NCBI GenBank assembly: GCA_002633005.1
Contig: NMRA01000033.1
Span: 258,397 to 322,396 of the forward strand
Reading direction: 5' to 3'
Length of the DNA: 64,000 nt
Source: Phoronis australis
Lineage: Eukaryota > Animalia > Phoronida
Shown: in pieces, positions 40,304-53,783 of the stretch
Layout of the letters: each line of letters begins with the position of its first letter
Numbering within the stretch: the first letter of the stretch is position 1
Position numbers and translations under genes: made by a program
Notes under the pieces: model-generated
The model's input: only the letters and a program-made list of their open reading frames with translations
What the model was told of the DNA's origin: nothing
Databases searched by the model: none

Positions 40304-43300
40304 TGTTAAGGACACTTAAACAACAGGTTATTGTTCGCGGTGATTATAGAATTAAATCCCATGCAATAATCAATGAAGCCCCATAGAAACTACCCATCAC
40401 CTAAAAAAACTTCAATACAGTCAGCAGCTCTCACAACGCTACAGCCTCGACCGTCAAGAATAAAATAAAATTTAATGCGTCCCTACAACGACTGTCTTCA
40501 TTTTGCCTTCACCGGTTAAGTGTGATGTCTATGCCAGTCCAACATTTTCTTGGAACAGATCCTGCCAACTGATGTGAAGCATTCTCATTATTACCTCATC
40601 TGATCCTTAACTTCAGTTCATCCTAAAACTCAGGGCTTGGTTACTTGAAGCTTGATGATATTTCAACCTGCACAGGTCAACAAATTTCTACTGTGGTCAT
40701 ACCTTTCACACAGTAAACAAGTCCATCGTTGCTGCGCTAACTGCCGGCAATACAATCCAATCAGAAATTACTACCTGAACTACCAGGCAATGTTTTCTCT
40801 CAAGCAATTGGTGTTTGATCAAACGCCAAGAACCGATCTCTCTCTGCGCACCTCATTAGAACTTAGGAAGTGTGAAAAAATGCCAACCGAGTATGGAGTA
40901 TCTTTACACACAGTATCACTGCCTTGGACTTGTCAGGTTGAGTTGCTGCATTCACTTTCAAGATGTGCTGTGGGTAAACTTAATAAATGTACAGTGTAAT
41001 TTCAACAAGGCAGCAGCTATAAATAATACCTGACGTCAAATGGCGCTATTCTCATGCCCTTCCAGCCAAGAAAAAAAGTTTTTAATCAGGCGCTAATAAA
41101 CAATCCCAATACTTCAAGGCTCTTTAGCACTCTGTTCAATTCAGGCTTTTGTAGCGTGAACATTTGCTGCAGTGAAATACCTCTGTACAATGCTTTACTG
41201 GCCTTGTTTTAAGCTCCCCAATGGAATTCACTGACAGCAAATTCTCAAGCTATCACTCCAGTCCGCCTGCTGACCATCCATCAGCCGATGAAAAATCAAA
41301 TTAAAACCTCTGATACTTCGGCATCACTTCGAGCACAAGGGTAGCAACTTTTGTCCAACAGAGGTAGATAGAACAGGTGCATTGAAACAGTAGGAAATGT
41401 CACGGCAGTCAAAAAACCTGTATCCGTCAGCTGAGATTGTCACCAAGTAGATTACGGATTATAGCCATGCGAGGCCACAACACCTTGAATGCTGGACAAA
41501 AACCTGCCAAAGCTATTCAACATCAATTTGTCACAATATTTATCCACCAACTGATCGTGTAGTCAACTCAAGATTATTGATCCAAGTGAGCACGTATTCA
41601 CTCATTGCTGGCCTATCAGCCTGACAATACGTCAAATAGCGCGATACTCCGTAATTGCTATGGCTATTTCCAATTTCACATTTATGTAATCTCCGTCATC
41701 AGTAGATGCATTAGAATTTAAATGTGAGCCTGTCATGTCCATCAGCGCTGGATCACTCAAAATGTACGCCGATGTCACACGCAAAACGTCTGCTACAACA
41801 GCAGATGAAGGAAGCTCTTTTACCGTGGTGACTTTTTAAGGTCAGGGGACTATTGTCCTAAACAGTAATTAAATCATACATTCTAGATAAAAAATAATTA
41901 ACAGCCAAACCAGTGCAATCTGTTACTGGCATATGTCATTGTATTTGAACCATCAGATGTTGACAGTGAAGGTAAGATTTTTACTGCCTTAAAAATAAAA
42001 TATTGTTCACAAAGTTTCATAAAAACAAACATTAAATTTAAATGAATTGCAGTTTTAAAAAAACCAGTGGAAAGTTCAAAACGCATTTTAAATGTGAATG
42101 GTTGTACTTTTGTTATTAAACTAGAATTTTCATTTTAATCACTTATTCTTGTGATAACTCACCCAGACAAGTTACAAATACAGTACACTGCGACAATGAG
42201 ACTATAAAGTGGCTTATAAAATGATTTTAAGAATGAGTTTTTCTGGCAAAAATTATCCATTGCAAATCACCAAACTGTGTCCAGTATTAAAGTACCACGA
42301 CGTGGTGCTGGAAAATAACACTGCATGATGAGGACGATGTGAGCCAGCGAGGTTCGTTACTAGTGCAAGGCCATCTGTTGGAAGATTTTTTTGCTTTAAC
42401 ATTTACAAATTATCTACGAATACAACTGCAGCTTGCTTACCAACCCAAAACCTACGCTGCTTGTCAAAAAACAACCTTGGATTTAGACCACTTATCGTAA
42501 AAAATGGGTTTCGTACATGTCCTTACTTCAATTCAAGGCTTGAGAAGACAAGTTACAACTGCTTCACAGCAGTCCCAGAAGTTACTTGTCATGGCAAGTT
42601 AGTCAGTGGCAGTCACCCATGCAGTATGGTTGTCAGGGGCAATGGCGCTACAGTTGCAACTTTTGAAATTGGTTTTGAAGTGTTCAGACCATGAGTTAGA
42701 ACCTTTAAATCGGTTTTAAAAGTTATAAAGAGCTTTGGTGTGAAGAGGGCATAAAACACAGCTTTAAATGTGCATTATGTATTTAAAAATCATGACCTTC
42801 CATAGTTTTTGATCCAATATCATTTCCCATACATAAATGACCAGAGTTAGAATCAAGATGGCGAAATCTTCCAGGCCATCTTATATGGTGACGTCACACT
42901 TTCTGTCCCTATCATGCCAGACGCAGCGGTTCAAATAGAACAGAGCTGGTTATTATTATTATACTTCCTATCAACTAAATCATAACAGCATTTTCAACCA
43001 GGATTAGGGGTTTTTTCAGCTAATGCCAAAATCAAAATTAACTTGCATACGAAAAAAACACACCCACACCATTAAAACTACAGTATACATTGTGAAGCTT
43101 CTTCAGAATGGACAGTTGTCATTTATCATTTATATAATTACTCAGAACAATTACAGCGAATAGAATAGAGTTCATTGATACTTCAGAGGCAAAAATTTGT
43201 CCGTGCTCACTTGATTCAATCTTGTTTGAAGTAGGCGATTTCGACTTAACAAATAACATTGGCACTATAGGGAGCTTAATTAACTTAAAATATTTTGTCA

Positions 43301-46300
43301 AATGTGGTGAACGTTGTCCAATTTGTAACACAGTACGTCAAACAAGGAGAATTCTGTTTAGTCAAATTTGTCGGCAAAAACATTACGGAACTTTTGATTC
43401 TTTGATTCATCATAATTATGGACAGCACAGTTATCGAAACAAAAACCTCAGATAAAATTTAGATTATTTAACAAACATAATCAGTCTGTGAAAAGCAAAA
43501 CATTGCTAATTTGGCAAACACGAATGAGCAAAACGGAGCAAAGATTATGCCAAAAATGCATTACTATTGTCTGGTGTTATTATTCTAAACACGAGTTTGT
43601 GGTACGAAATGTTTTCAGTTGCTCACTTTTTCAAAAAAGAAAATTCACCTGAAATGAGCATAAATGATGCGGGATTTTTTACTCATTGCTTGGAAAATCA
43701 TATACTTGTTTTCGTGCCTTTATGCAGAATTTCAAAAAAGAAACCTTTCCTGAATCTGATACGGGCGAACGGTTGGTGAGTGCAGGTTTTCAAAATGAGT
43801 CAGGGTAAAGACCGGAATCAACTTGGCTTTTTTGGCCTGACCATACTTGTAGTTATCGAAAACTTTTGAAAATTCTGAATATCTTTACTGAGTAACAACG
43901 CTATCTTAAAACCAAGAGAAAATATAACCGATCACACATGGATCACTCCAAGGCAAAATTAGTTACCCCCATGTCTACGGTCACAACTGTAATTTCAAAA
44001 TTCCAATATTATCATTTTTATAAACAGCCTATAATCACATTATTGATCTCTGCATCCTCTTCAAGCAAGCACAAACGTGAACCAAGGCAAGATCAATCAC
44101 CAGACCTATCTACAAACACTAAACTCTATTTATTATTTACTGAACTAGATAAAACGTCATGTTTCAATAGTAAAATCCCACAGGGTTTTACAACAAAAGC
44201 ATGTTGACTATCAACCAACAACGAGAAAATTAAGATGAATGAGCTTATCCTGAGTCGTAAAAAAACAACAGTTGTAACACAATCTAATAATATGTGATTC
44301 AGTGAGTTGCTCCAAGGCATATTACCACAAAATGTCAAGAGACGATTCTTACATCTATTTAACATTATACCATCGATAATTCACCATGCATGAAGACCTC
44401 ACAAAAGACCCACAGCTCAAACTTTGCGATGCATTAACCAGCGATGAATTTTAAACGTCTTGTAGAAAACACATAGTGGCTTTCAATACAGTGTTTGGCC
44501 ATGCAAGAAAAACAATAAGGTCTTAAATACACAAAGTTGCACTTAATTTAGATGCACCATTTAAAATACCTTAAAAAACTAAGTTTCAAGAAGAAATGCT
44601 GTTTAAAAAGACCCTCACAACACTCAATTTAAGTTCATGGCAAAATTAATTTGGAATAAATCAAGTAATGAGTCATCCTATCGAAGCAAACAATAAACTA
44701 CATTCAGTCCATTCCTTTACTGTGCCTAATGTGAATGCTTACTCAACTTATTAGCAAAAAACAAGAGATTCCACCCCAAAACATGTACCAAAACAGTGAA
44801 ATTGAGATAAATTTCGGTTCAAATCGTTTAATCAGTTGAAAAACAGTGCTTGAGATACATGATGTGACGTAAATCTTGTTTATAAGCATGTCACGGTAAT
44901 CTTTATAAATAAGACACGAACAGAATCTATTTTCATATCACAAACAAAGAATAAAAACTTGTTTGTCATCAGGCTAAAAACAGTTGCCTACACAACTACC
45001 ATGCTTCTACATTAATGACCCAATTATTAATTCATGCGTTCTTCTATCAGTATTGCAATATTTAACTCCGTTCACAGTATGCGCGTTTTCATGTTTCAGT
45101 TTGGATAAGGTAGATTGACATTATCATGCAGTTGTAATTGATAGCCTGCTCCGTAATTTATGGCTCGTGAAGATGCCATTGTACAGATTTACAGTTAAAG
45201 ACAGTAAATTTATAGCTTTGCAAACAAAGCAGTTCAGGGGAAACTTGAGGTGAACTGAGACAAACAAATAGATACCCGACTTTTCCCCAAGGTCAGCATA
45301 AAACATCTTAATCACATTCGTAGAAGAACACTGGAAAATAAGTTAGGTGCAGTCAAATGACGTAGATAATATTCATATTTGACCTGTGCGATGCCAACAA
45401 GTGTCAATCTCTAGTTGGGTTACACTATGGAAAATAGCTACTAAATTTCAAGAAGACTTTACATTCACAAGAATAATACCTAGAGTAATTGTTACTTTTA
45501 AAACATAATTTTGAAATTATCAAAAGCAAAAATTTTCTGCGAAGCCAGTATGATCAGTTTAGTTAACTTCGCAGTTAACGTCAATGCTCCGCTTAGACCG
45601 CAGTTAAGTCAGTAGGCCTGTGACTTTACCAGTTACACAAGTTTAAATAGGCTAGTATGTATCAAGTGGCATTCAGCTCAACCAGCAAAGTGTTGTACCC
45701 TAACCAATCGGATGGACCATGAATTATACTGCTTTCCCACTGACCAAATCCAGGTAAAGAGCCAGGTAACATACCTTAAGATAATTAAGATAAGCAAGTC
45801 TAGTAAACCAAATTAAAGCCATCCTAATAAATATTTAAGGTTCAACAGATTAAAACCACAGATGGCGTAGGTGTTGACCATTTGAAACAAGAACCTGATG
45901 AAGGTGAAGCCAAATGGAGTCGAACGAGACGGTTATTCAAGTTGTTGTATTGAACGCTACACAGACTTATCAGGGTTGTAGTTTCGACAGATCAATGTGA
46001 ACTTGCGACTTCCTGAGAGCCCAAGATACTTTTTACACCAAGAAACGCACTGCTGACGCGATCAGAAGACTGAGACTGAATGGCGCAAAACTGAACATGG
46101 TCACGCAGACTCTTGTCAAACTGATGAAAATTTTTTACTGCAGTAGCCACATCTATTCCAGTGGATTAAGCCTTCCTACAGACTGGATTACAAATGACGC
46201 AGTTGCTAATCATGTTTTGAAGAGAAGCAAACTTAATATGGCAGCCCTGAGTCGAATTGGATGGCAAAGAATAAGTTGGGTGGTTGACCAGTACCTTTCA

Positions 46301-47801
46301 CCACTGATTAACTATGGTATTTATGGTTGGAGGGCCAGGTCTCCTGAGTGTTTGATAATGTCTCTAATGATAAATCAGATAAGATCTTATCCTCGCCTGA
46401 CTTGGCTGTGCTGTTAAACTTGAAATATAACTTATAAACTGTTTAAACACAAACCAATAACACTCCAGAATTCCTTGTCAAATGTTGATCGTGTTTATAG
46501 TTTTTGAATCACCAAAATCGCTCAACTACAACCGAAGTAGACAATCTATTCTATTTGAACCCATACCAATGGGTTTGACTGTTTTCATATTACATAGTCT
46601 GTAATAAGGTGCAACTACTATACTTTCACGTTCGCATCCTTGATACAGATGCATAATTCTTGCGCTTGATCCAGCACGTTTCTTTTAGCACTGATGTGTT
46701 GGTTTTATTTACTAAGCGACTGTAATAAAGGTATAATCCTGATGTACTGGTTACAAAGCTAAGGTCTAAGCCACGTGGTCCTTCAGTTTTCACGCGCAGA
46801 AAGCCTGATTACTCCAAAACGTGAAGATATGTTGTGAATGCGTAGTTAACTTTCCTACAAAAATGCAGGTCAGTGTTTACGCTCACACTATGAGCGAGGT
46901 TGATGGAACTCATAAAACCGCACAAAGATCTTTTATTAGCGAAAAAAATAAAAATTAGTCGTCGTGATTTTATTTCTGTGTAAAAATAACCTTCACGCCC
47001 CTTGATAAGGCCTATCCTATGTGTGCAACCACAGCAAACTGTCCCTTGCCGGTACCAACCATTTTGCGTGACGTGAATTTTGAACTCAAAGTTGAAAGCA
47101 AATGTCCCATGGAGTACGAAAATGTAGTTGAAGTGCGATACTGAGTGTTTCAGGGTCTATTCATTTGAGTTTTATTTCACAAATTAAATTTTCACATGCA
47201 TTAAAAATTTTAAACTTGGACGTTCAGCACGACATAATCACCAATCTAAAAACTGTCCTACTGACATAGGACCAGCTATGGCCCAACGTGCAACATTTAA
47301 TGAAAAGGCGGCTGGAATCCGTTCCTCAGTAATGCGTACGTTTTTGGGTAAAGCCCGGAACTAGGTACCAAAAAGCCACACAGCCAAACTCCTTCTTTCA
47401 AAACAAGTGGGTCGGGTGGAACGTCTTTTCGTTACTGAATAAACTAGCTCAAGAGCACCTCAGTCGACTTCACGGAGTTAAAGGGCTTTAAAGGAGTCCA
47501 CTACCAACTGAAGCTAAATCTTTCATGGAACAAGTACCAGTGGCAATGCCAGATAAAAATTGTTATAAACAAACCAAAGAAACCTGGATTACCATCAATT
47601 ATTCATTCTTTTTGTTCTGTTACCAGATGCGACATCCAAAGTGGCTTGGTTTCAGTAACCGTTTGTGAGGCCTGGTAGATAATAGGGCTGTCCCACATTA
47701 CACAGCAACACTGAATCTCGCTGTATTTACCCACAATGCCAGTAACATCAATCAGGCACATTTCCTGCCTCGTTTTTATGCCACTGGAGTATTACTTANA
47801 C

Positions 47802-48257
47802 GTATTTTGAATATTGCAATGCATGTGTTCCAAAATCTAAATAACTTGGGTCCTATATTTTTGTATTAGTGCGCGCCGAATGAAAGTAATCGTGAGTGTT
47901 GCTGTGTTGCAAAATCTCTTATCCTGGGCCGATTTGAAAAATTCAAAGTTGTACTCATATTTGTTTTCGCTCCTCTTTTCAAATATTACAGTAAAAACTA
48001 CGTAAAACTCTCTCCATAAAAAGTACAGTCTGCTAGCTAGATTGTAATCAGCTGATCATATCCGCATGAGCGAAGCCAATTATCCTCGCTCGTGACTCGA
48101 TGACTAGAGCAGCTTGGCGGCATCCCTTTGATCGTGAGCCGGGCGCGACTCAGCCAAGGTGCATAAATACGGTCTAGTTCAATTTTCCATACCCCACCGT
48201 TTACGTTAACCACTGGGGTTAGAACCAATTTTATTTAGTGGGAATGTTCATAGCATG
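47802..48257. repeat. Dispersed ~460-bp repeat, copy 1 (copy 2 at 57079-57562)
   Basis: Collinear high similarity, e.g. atccgcatgagcgaagccaattatcctcgctcgtgactcgatga is identical in both copies. Confidence 0.9.
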
Positions 48258-48447
48258 CTGGAGTTTTACTTATTATTTGTAGTCTGATTCTTTATAAGTT
48301 TTTGTCAGTTGTATTGTCATACCAGACAAAAGACTGTGCACAGCATTCAACAAAGGAGGAAAGACGTTATTTAGAAGTGTTAATTACAAGTGTCAAGGCT
48401 CAAAGTACAACTACAGCAATTAAATTTTATAATAGAAGGCACTTTCA

Positions 48448-48875
48448 TACTGACTTAACTCCGGTCTGCCTGAGCGGAAGTTAACTGAACCGTTCAAACT
48501 GGTTTTGGTAGTTAACAAACACCAAAGTAAATAGCAGGTGGTGCTGTCGTCATCGAAGTTATCGCAATACAGCGCTGATGCATCCCGTGCAAACTAAGAT
48601 TTTTAATTGGACAATTTCAGAAAATTTATATGTGCTCATTGACATAAAACTTATTTCTAAGTTGATTGTTGATTATAAAATATAAGCAATTATTAGCAAC
48701 GACACTGCCCTTTAGTTGTTGACGATAATAGTGGCCCATGGCAATAACCGCACCACAGCACTGACGCTGCGCTGTTAAATCCACCAACTTACTGCGAAGT
48801 TAACTGGTCCTGTTAACTTCGATCCAGGCCGAGGTTAACTGTTTTTACTGACCGCAGCTCCCCAAAACATCAACG
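48448..48875. repeat. Dispersed repeat; inverted copy at 50319-50716, with further pieces at ~22125-22370 and ~45535-45613
   Basis: cgctgttaaatccacc / ggtggatttaacagcg; ttagcaacgacactgccctttagttgttgacgataa / ttatcgtcaacaattaaagggtagtgtcgtcgctaa. Confidence 0.85.
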
Positions 48876-49889
48876 CATATGAAAGGGCTTCGACAGGCAC
48901 AAACACTTCTTAGTGTAATGATGAACTCTTACAAAACAAATGGGAACTAATAACACCTTTATTAGGGTTTTTCATTAAACTAATAAATTTGTTTACACTT
49001 GGACTGCTCCAATACTTTCCTGCATAAATCTAACTCTAAATCGAGAAATGCTGGGCATACACGTATAAAATGACTTGGACAGAAAAGATGCATGTGGTCA
49101 GAATACGTTACAGAATTTTGCCTAACCAGGTTTCGACAGCTAAATCATGATTCGCACAATGGAATCTCGTCAAACATTGTGAGTTTTCTCGGCAAATTCT
49201 ATAACAAGTAATGTTCAAGTACGTACTCTAATTTAAATCGAGAAAAGTATCTTAACCTAGAATTATTATCAACGTGGCTCTGACAGCCCTGTACATAACA
49301 ATCCATAACATGTTGAGAAAAAATGTTAATAGATGTTGTCTCACAGCCAACAACCTGGTTCAACAAGAACTCATAAAAACCATATTTACATAGAAGATTT
49401 TTAACAGCAGATGCCCACTGCCCAGTTAAACCAACACCTTTCACTGGAATCCAAATTTAACAATAAATTGTAGGATGCTTTTGCATATCTCATAGAATAC
49501 ATCTTCAAAGTTTTGAAACTGTACATAATAATTTAACGTTATATTTATCACACCTTTACAACTGCTCTATGCCCCTGGTAAAGTCATTGAAGGGAAGAAC
49601 GTGAATGAGTCAAGCTGTGAATCTGCAAGTGGCCTTTCATTAATACTCAATGCACCACTGTAACTTTAATAAAAAACTTTTTGCCTACAACCACTGACGT
49701 CATCATACCAAACTTTGACTAACATCAAGGATGAGTTGTACAAAAATACTTTCCAGACAAACTCTGAGTCATCAAACGATTTCTTGGAAAGATTATCAAG
49801 AACAAGTTACTAGAGAAGAATCAAGTTGCAGCTACATAATACAATGTTTATCTTGTTGTTTTAGTCTCCAGGTTAAATCTCGTTCAAAT

Positions 49890-50316
49890 CATAGCTACAT
49901 AATTCACAGTATTCATCACAGCTACATAATTCACAGTGTTCATCATAGCTACATAATTCACAGTGTTCATCATAGCTACATAATTCAGTGTTCATCACAG
50001 CTACATAATTCAGTGTTCATCATAGCTACATAATTCACAGTGTTCATCATAGCTACGTGATTCAGTGTTCATCATAGCTACATAATTCACAGTGTTCATC
50101 ATACCTACATAATTCAGTGTTCATCATAGCTACATAATTCAGTATTCATCATAGCTACATAATTCAGTGTTCATCATAGCTACATAATTCACAGTGTTCA
50201 TCATAGCTACGTAATTCAGTGTTTATCATAGCTACATAACTCACAGTGTTCATCATACCTACATAATTCAGTGTTCATCATAGCTACATAATTCAGTGTT
50301 CATCATAGCTACATAA
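49890..50316. repeat. 25/27-bp minisatellite, ~16 copies
   Basis: catagctacataattc(ac)agtgttcat units. Confidence 0.97.
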
Positions 50317-50726
50317 GTGCCAGTTTAAACTTTGTAGTAAACAGGTGGATTTAACAGCGGAGCGTCGACACTGCGGTGCAGTATGAATGATTAACTTCGG
50401 TCCCATCGAAGTTATCACCAGGTGCCACTGTTATCGTCAACAATTAAAGGGTAGTGTCGTCGCTAATAGTTGCTAACATTTTGCTTGAATAATCACCAAT
50501 CGAATTATAAATAAGTTTTATGCCAATTAGCACATTATATATTCCCAAATTGTCACATTAAAAAATCTAAGCATGCACCGCTACCTTCCGATTACATCGA
50601 TGAAAACAGCATCACCTACTGTTTACTTCAATGTTCGTAAACTACCGAAGCCGGTGTGAACTGCTTAGTTAACTTCGCAGTTGAGGTCAATGCTCCGCTC
50701 AGACAGGAGTTAAATAAGTATGAATA

Positions 50727-51149
50727 GGCCTTTACACCATTTTTACACAAGGAACAATTGTCACAGCGCGAGTAGCTTGTACACAGCGTTAGATTGCAAA
50801 CTGGATCAGCATGAGTCATTTACATGAAGATTCTTTGCAAATGCTCGCATAAACAATTAAGCGAATGTTCAAACCACTCGGAATGCCAGCGGATCACCCG
50901 TATATACACCATTGGGAAAGGTAACAGAGATGATCCTTTCCAGTTTCCACTATGCCCCAACTTGTGTTTAGACGACTTGTGTAGTTGACACCAGAGCAAC
51001 TGATCAAGTGCAACTTGCTCTACCCCCCCCAAACTGGCCTAAAAGGGCTGCAACAGCGATGTCAATTTGCTTGGTATCAGTCGTGTTTAGTCACATACTT
51101 GTGCTTGATCAGCTGTTCCATGTCAACTGCACCTTGTGTAAATGTGGCT
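50727..51149. mobile_element. Harbinger-like MITE, degenerate
   Basis: TIR-like tttacacaaggaacaattgtc ... gtcaactgcaccttgtgtaaa. The arm is homologous to 52082-52300 in opposite orientation. Confidence 0.5.
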
Positions 51150-52725
51150 TCAATCAGTTTTGAAGGTGTAACTTCAACCAGAGCTAATGGGGCTTTAAAA
51201 AAACACAAAAATTTTATGCTGTCAGTGTTGAATTAACGTTTCATTTGTTTATCCAGTTCAGTTGATTTTTTGAAGTATCTTCGGCAGAACTTAAGACTTC
51301 TTACATACTTATGAAAAATCACTGAGAAAAATCAACTGAAGCAGAAAGTGACTTAGATACATTATAGACAATTTGCTACTTTCAAAAATCAAATCCTCCA
51401 TTCAACTACCACATCTCCACACCAAGTAAATGAAAGACATGTACCAAACCTAATAAAACAAGCCAGTCTCTGCAGTAAAACATTCATTAATCTATTTGAA
51501 TTATACAGTGCCATCTATTGGGTAGGTTTTTAAACCCCTCTTCCATATTCATTGAGATTTCATGGCGAATCATCACGTTATTTGTAGTACACAATTTATC
51601 CAATAGGTGTCTGTACATGTATCATAACAACAAGCACAAGGCAAGAATTCCAACAGCAGGATAACGAGGAGTTGATCGTCTTTATAAGTTTTTACATTAT
51701 TAATTTGTTAACAAAATATTTTCAAATAAACTCTTAAAAGTGAAGAAAATCTGTTTCATTGCAGGTGCATGACAAGCCGTGACTAATATAAATTTTACAG
51801 GGGTCAATCTATGTGAAAACCATGTTTCCAAAAAGGAACCAATTATACAGCACCTGCAAAAGTCCAACAAGCAAACTAACTGCTAAAAATTGTCTCAAGT
51901 TGTTCCTTACTCAGATGGGAAGAATTTCTAGCATTCCAAAAAACTGACACTGACTATACATAAAATGACATGTTATGACAAGCCAAGTCACAAGCAATAA
52001 CAACTTTGTCAATTCTTCCCAAGCCTTAGGATACCACTTGAAATTTGACTAAGAAACAATTGGAGACCAATTCCTTGACTCTTAAGCTGGGTTTACACTG
52101 AGAGACAGCTGTCCGGGAGCAACTTAACACGGAACAGCTGATCAGGAGCAAGTATATGTGTGAGTATGAACATGACATAAGCAAGTGGCGGCCATTTTTG
52201 ACACGGGTTCGAGAGATATAGTTTGTTGCACTTGATCAGTTGCTCCAAATTCAACTACACGTCTAAACACAACAGGGGCAGGGCCGAAAGGGGTAATCTT
52301 TCAATGTGCTCGAGCAATAGCATACACACACACNNNNNNNNNNNNNNNNNNNNNNNNNNNNNNNNNNNNNNNNNNNNNNNNNNNNNNNNNNNNNNNNNNN
52401 NNNNNNNNNNNNNNNNNNNNNNNNNNNNNNNNNNNNNNNNNNNNNNNNNNNNNNNNNNNNNNNNNNNNNNNNNNNNNNNNNNNNNNNNNNNNNNNNNNNN
52501 NNNNNNNNNNNNNNNNNNNNNNNNNNNNNNNNNNNNNNNNNNNNNNNNNNNNNNNNNNNNNNNNNNNNNNNNNNNNNNNNNNNNNNNNNNNNNNNNNNNN
52601 NNNNNNNNNNNNNNNNNNNNNNNNNNNNNNNNNNNNNNNNNNNNNNNNNNNNNNNNNNNNNNNNNNNNNNNNNNNNNNNNNNNNNNNNNNNNNNNNNNNN
52701 NNNNNNNNNNNNACACACACACAGA

Positions 52726-52767
<42 letters not shown>

Positions 52768-52984
52768 TTTCATGTGGTTTGGGCATTTGCTACTGTTTAT
52801 GCATGCATGCACTGACAGTTTAAATGATTAAAGGCTGGTTTATAGCTGCTTTGAGCATTGCAGATATAAGAATCAAAAGCTAATACATAATAATGATAAA
52901 AACAAGATTTACTTAGCAGGAAAAACATGCTGAACACATGCGTCTCTGGCTAGGGGTATGGATAATTTTACGAACACATGTCCT

Positions 52985-53783
52985 GAACACATCCACTACC
53001 TCAAGAAACTAGAGGAACACTGCATTTATCCACCTTCACTCTTATAAGGCTTCTATTGTGAGTCAGCATGCGTGAATAATTGGCTGATAAGCCACCTATG
53101 GAACTACTTTTGGCTGAATGGATGACCAGGCCATAAAATGATAATTAGCCAAGACCTTGTGGCATGAAACAGTTAAATACCTTCATGGCAATTTTGAAAG
53201 TGTGGGCATCTTCTGCTAGTCTATTGCCAAAAGTGTTTTAAAAAAACTTGGTTTACCGACCTCTGATTTTCTGGATTATTCAAATATTAAAACTCAAATT
53301 TGCAACATTTTCAGTTCCGCCATCATTATGCTATGGAAACAAACATAAATTGGCAACAATTCGTACAAGGAACAAAGAATATCTCGTAGCATCACCAAGC
53401 CTTGGTGGAAAGCTGTATACTGTATTGACCCTAATAAACGCCGCGGGTGCTTAGAAAAATTCATTTCACGGAGGGGACGCTTACATGTCGTGAACACATC
53501 CACTAAAACAAGAAACTGTAGGAACACCGCATTTATCCACCTTCACTCTTATCAGGCTTCTATTGTGAGTCAGCATGCGTGAATAATTGGCTGATAAGCC
53601 ACCTCTGGAACTACTTTTGGCTGAATGGATGACCAGGCCATAAAATGATAATTAGTCAAGACCAGTTACTATAATGCAACAAAGAATAATGTCTTGAATC
53701 ACCTAGCCTTGGTGGAAAGCTGTATACTGTATTGGCTGAAACAAACGCTTAGAAAAATTCATTTCACAGGGAGGGGACGCTTA
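52985..53783 (+). repeat. Local duplications: 52985-53157 vs 53492-53663, and 53392-53483 vs 53699-53783
   Basis: Repeated catttatccaccttcactcttat...aattag(c/t)caagacc and agccttggtggaaagctgtatactgtattg. Confidence 0.9.

Noticed and set aside
38883-40309. + strand ORFs of 105, 86 and 62 aa
   Set aside because: They are antisense shadows of the large minus-strand exon.
49731-50033. His-rich ORF (HHSYIIHSV repeats)
   Set aside because: It is a translation of a minisatellite whose 25-bp units break the frame.
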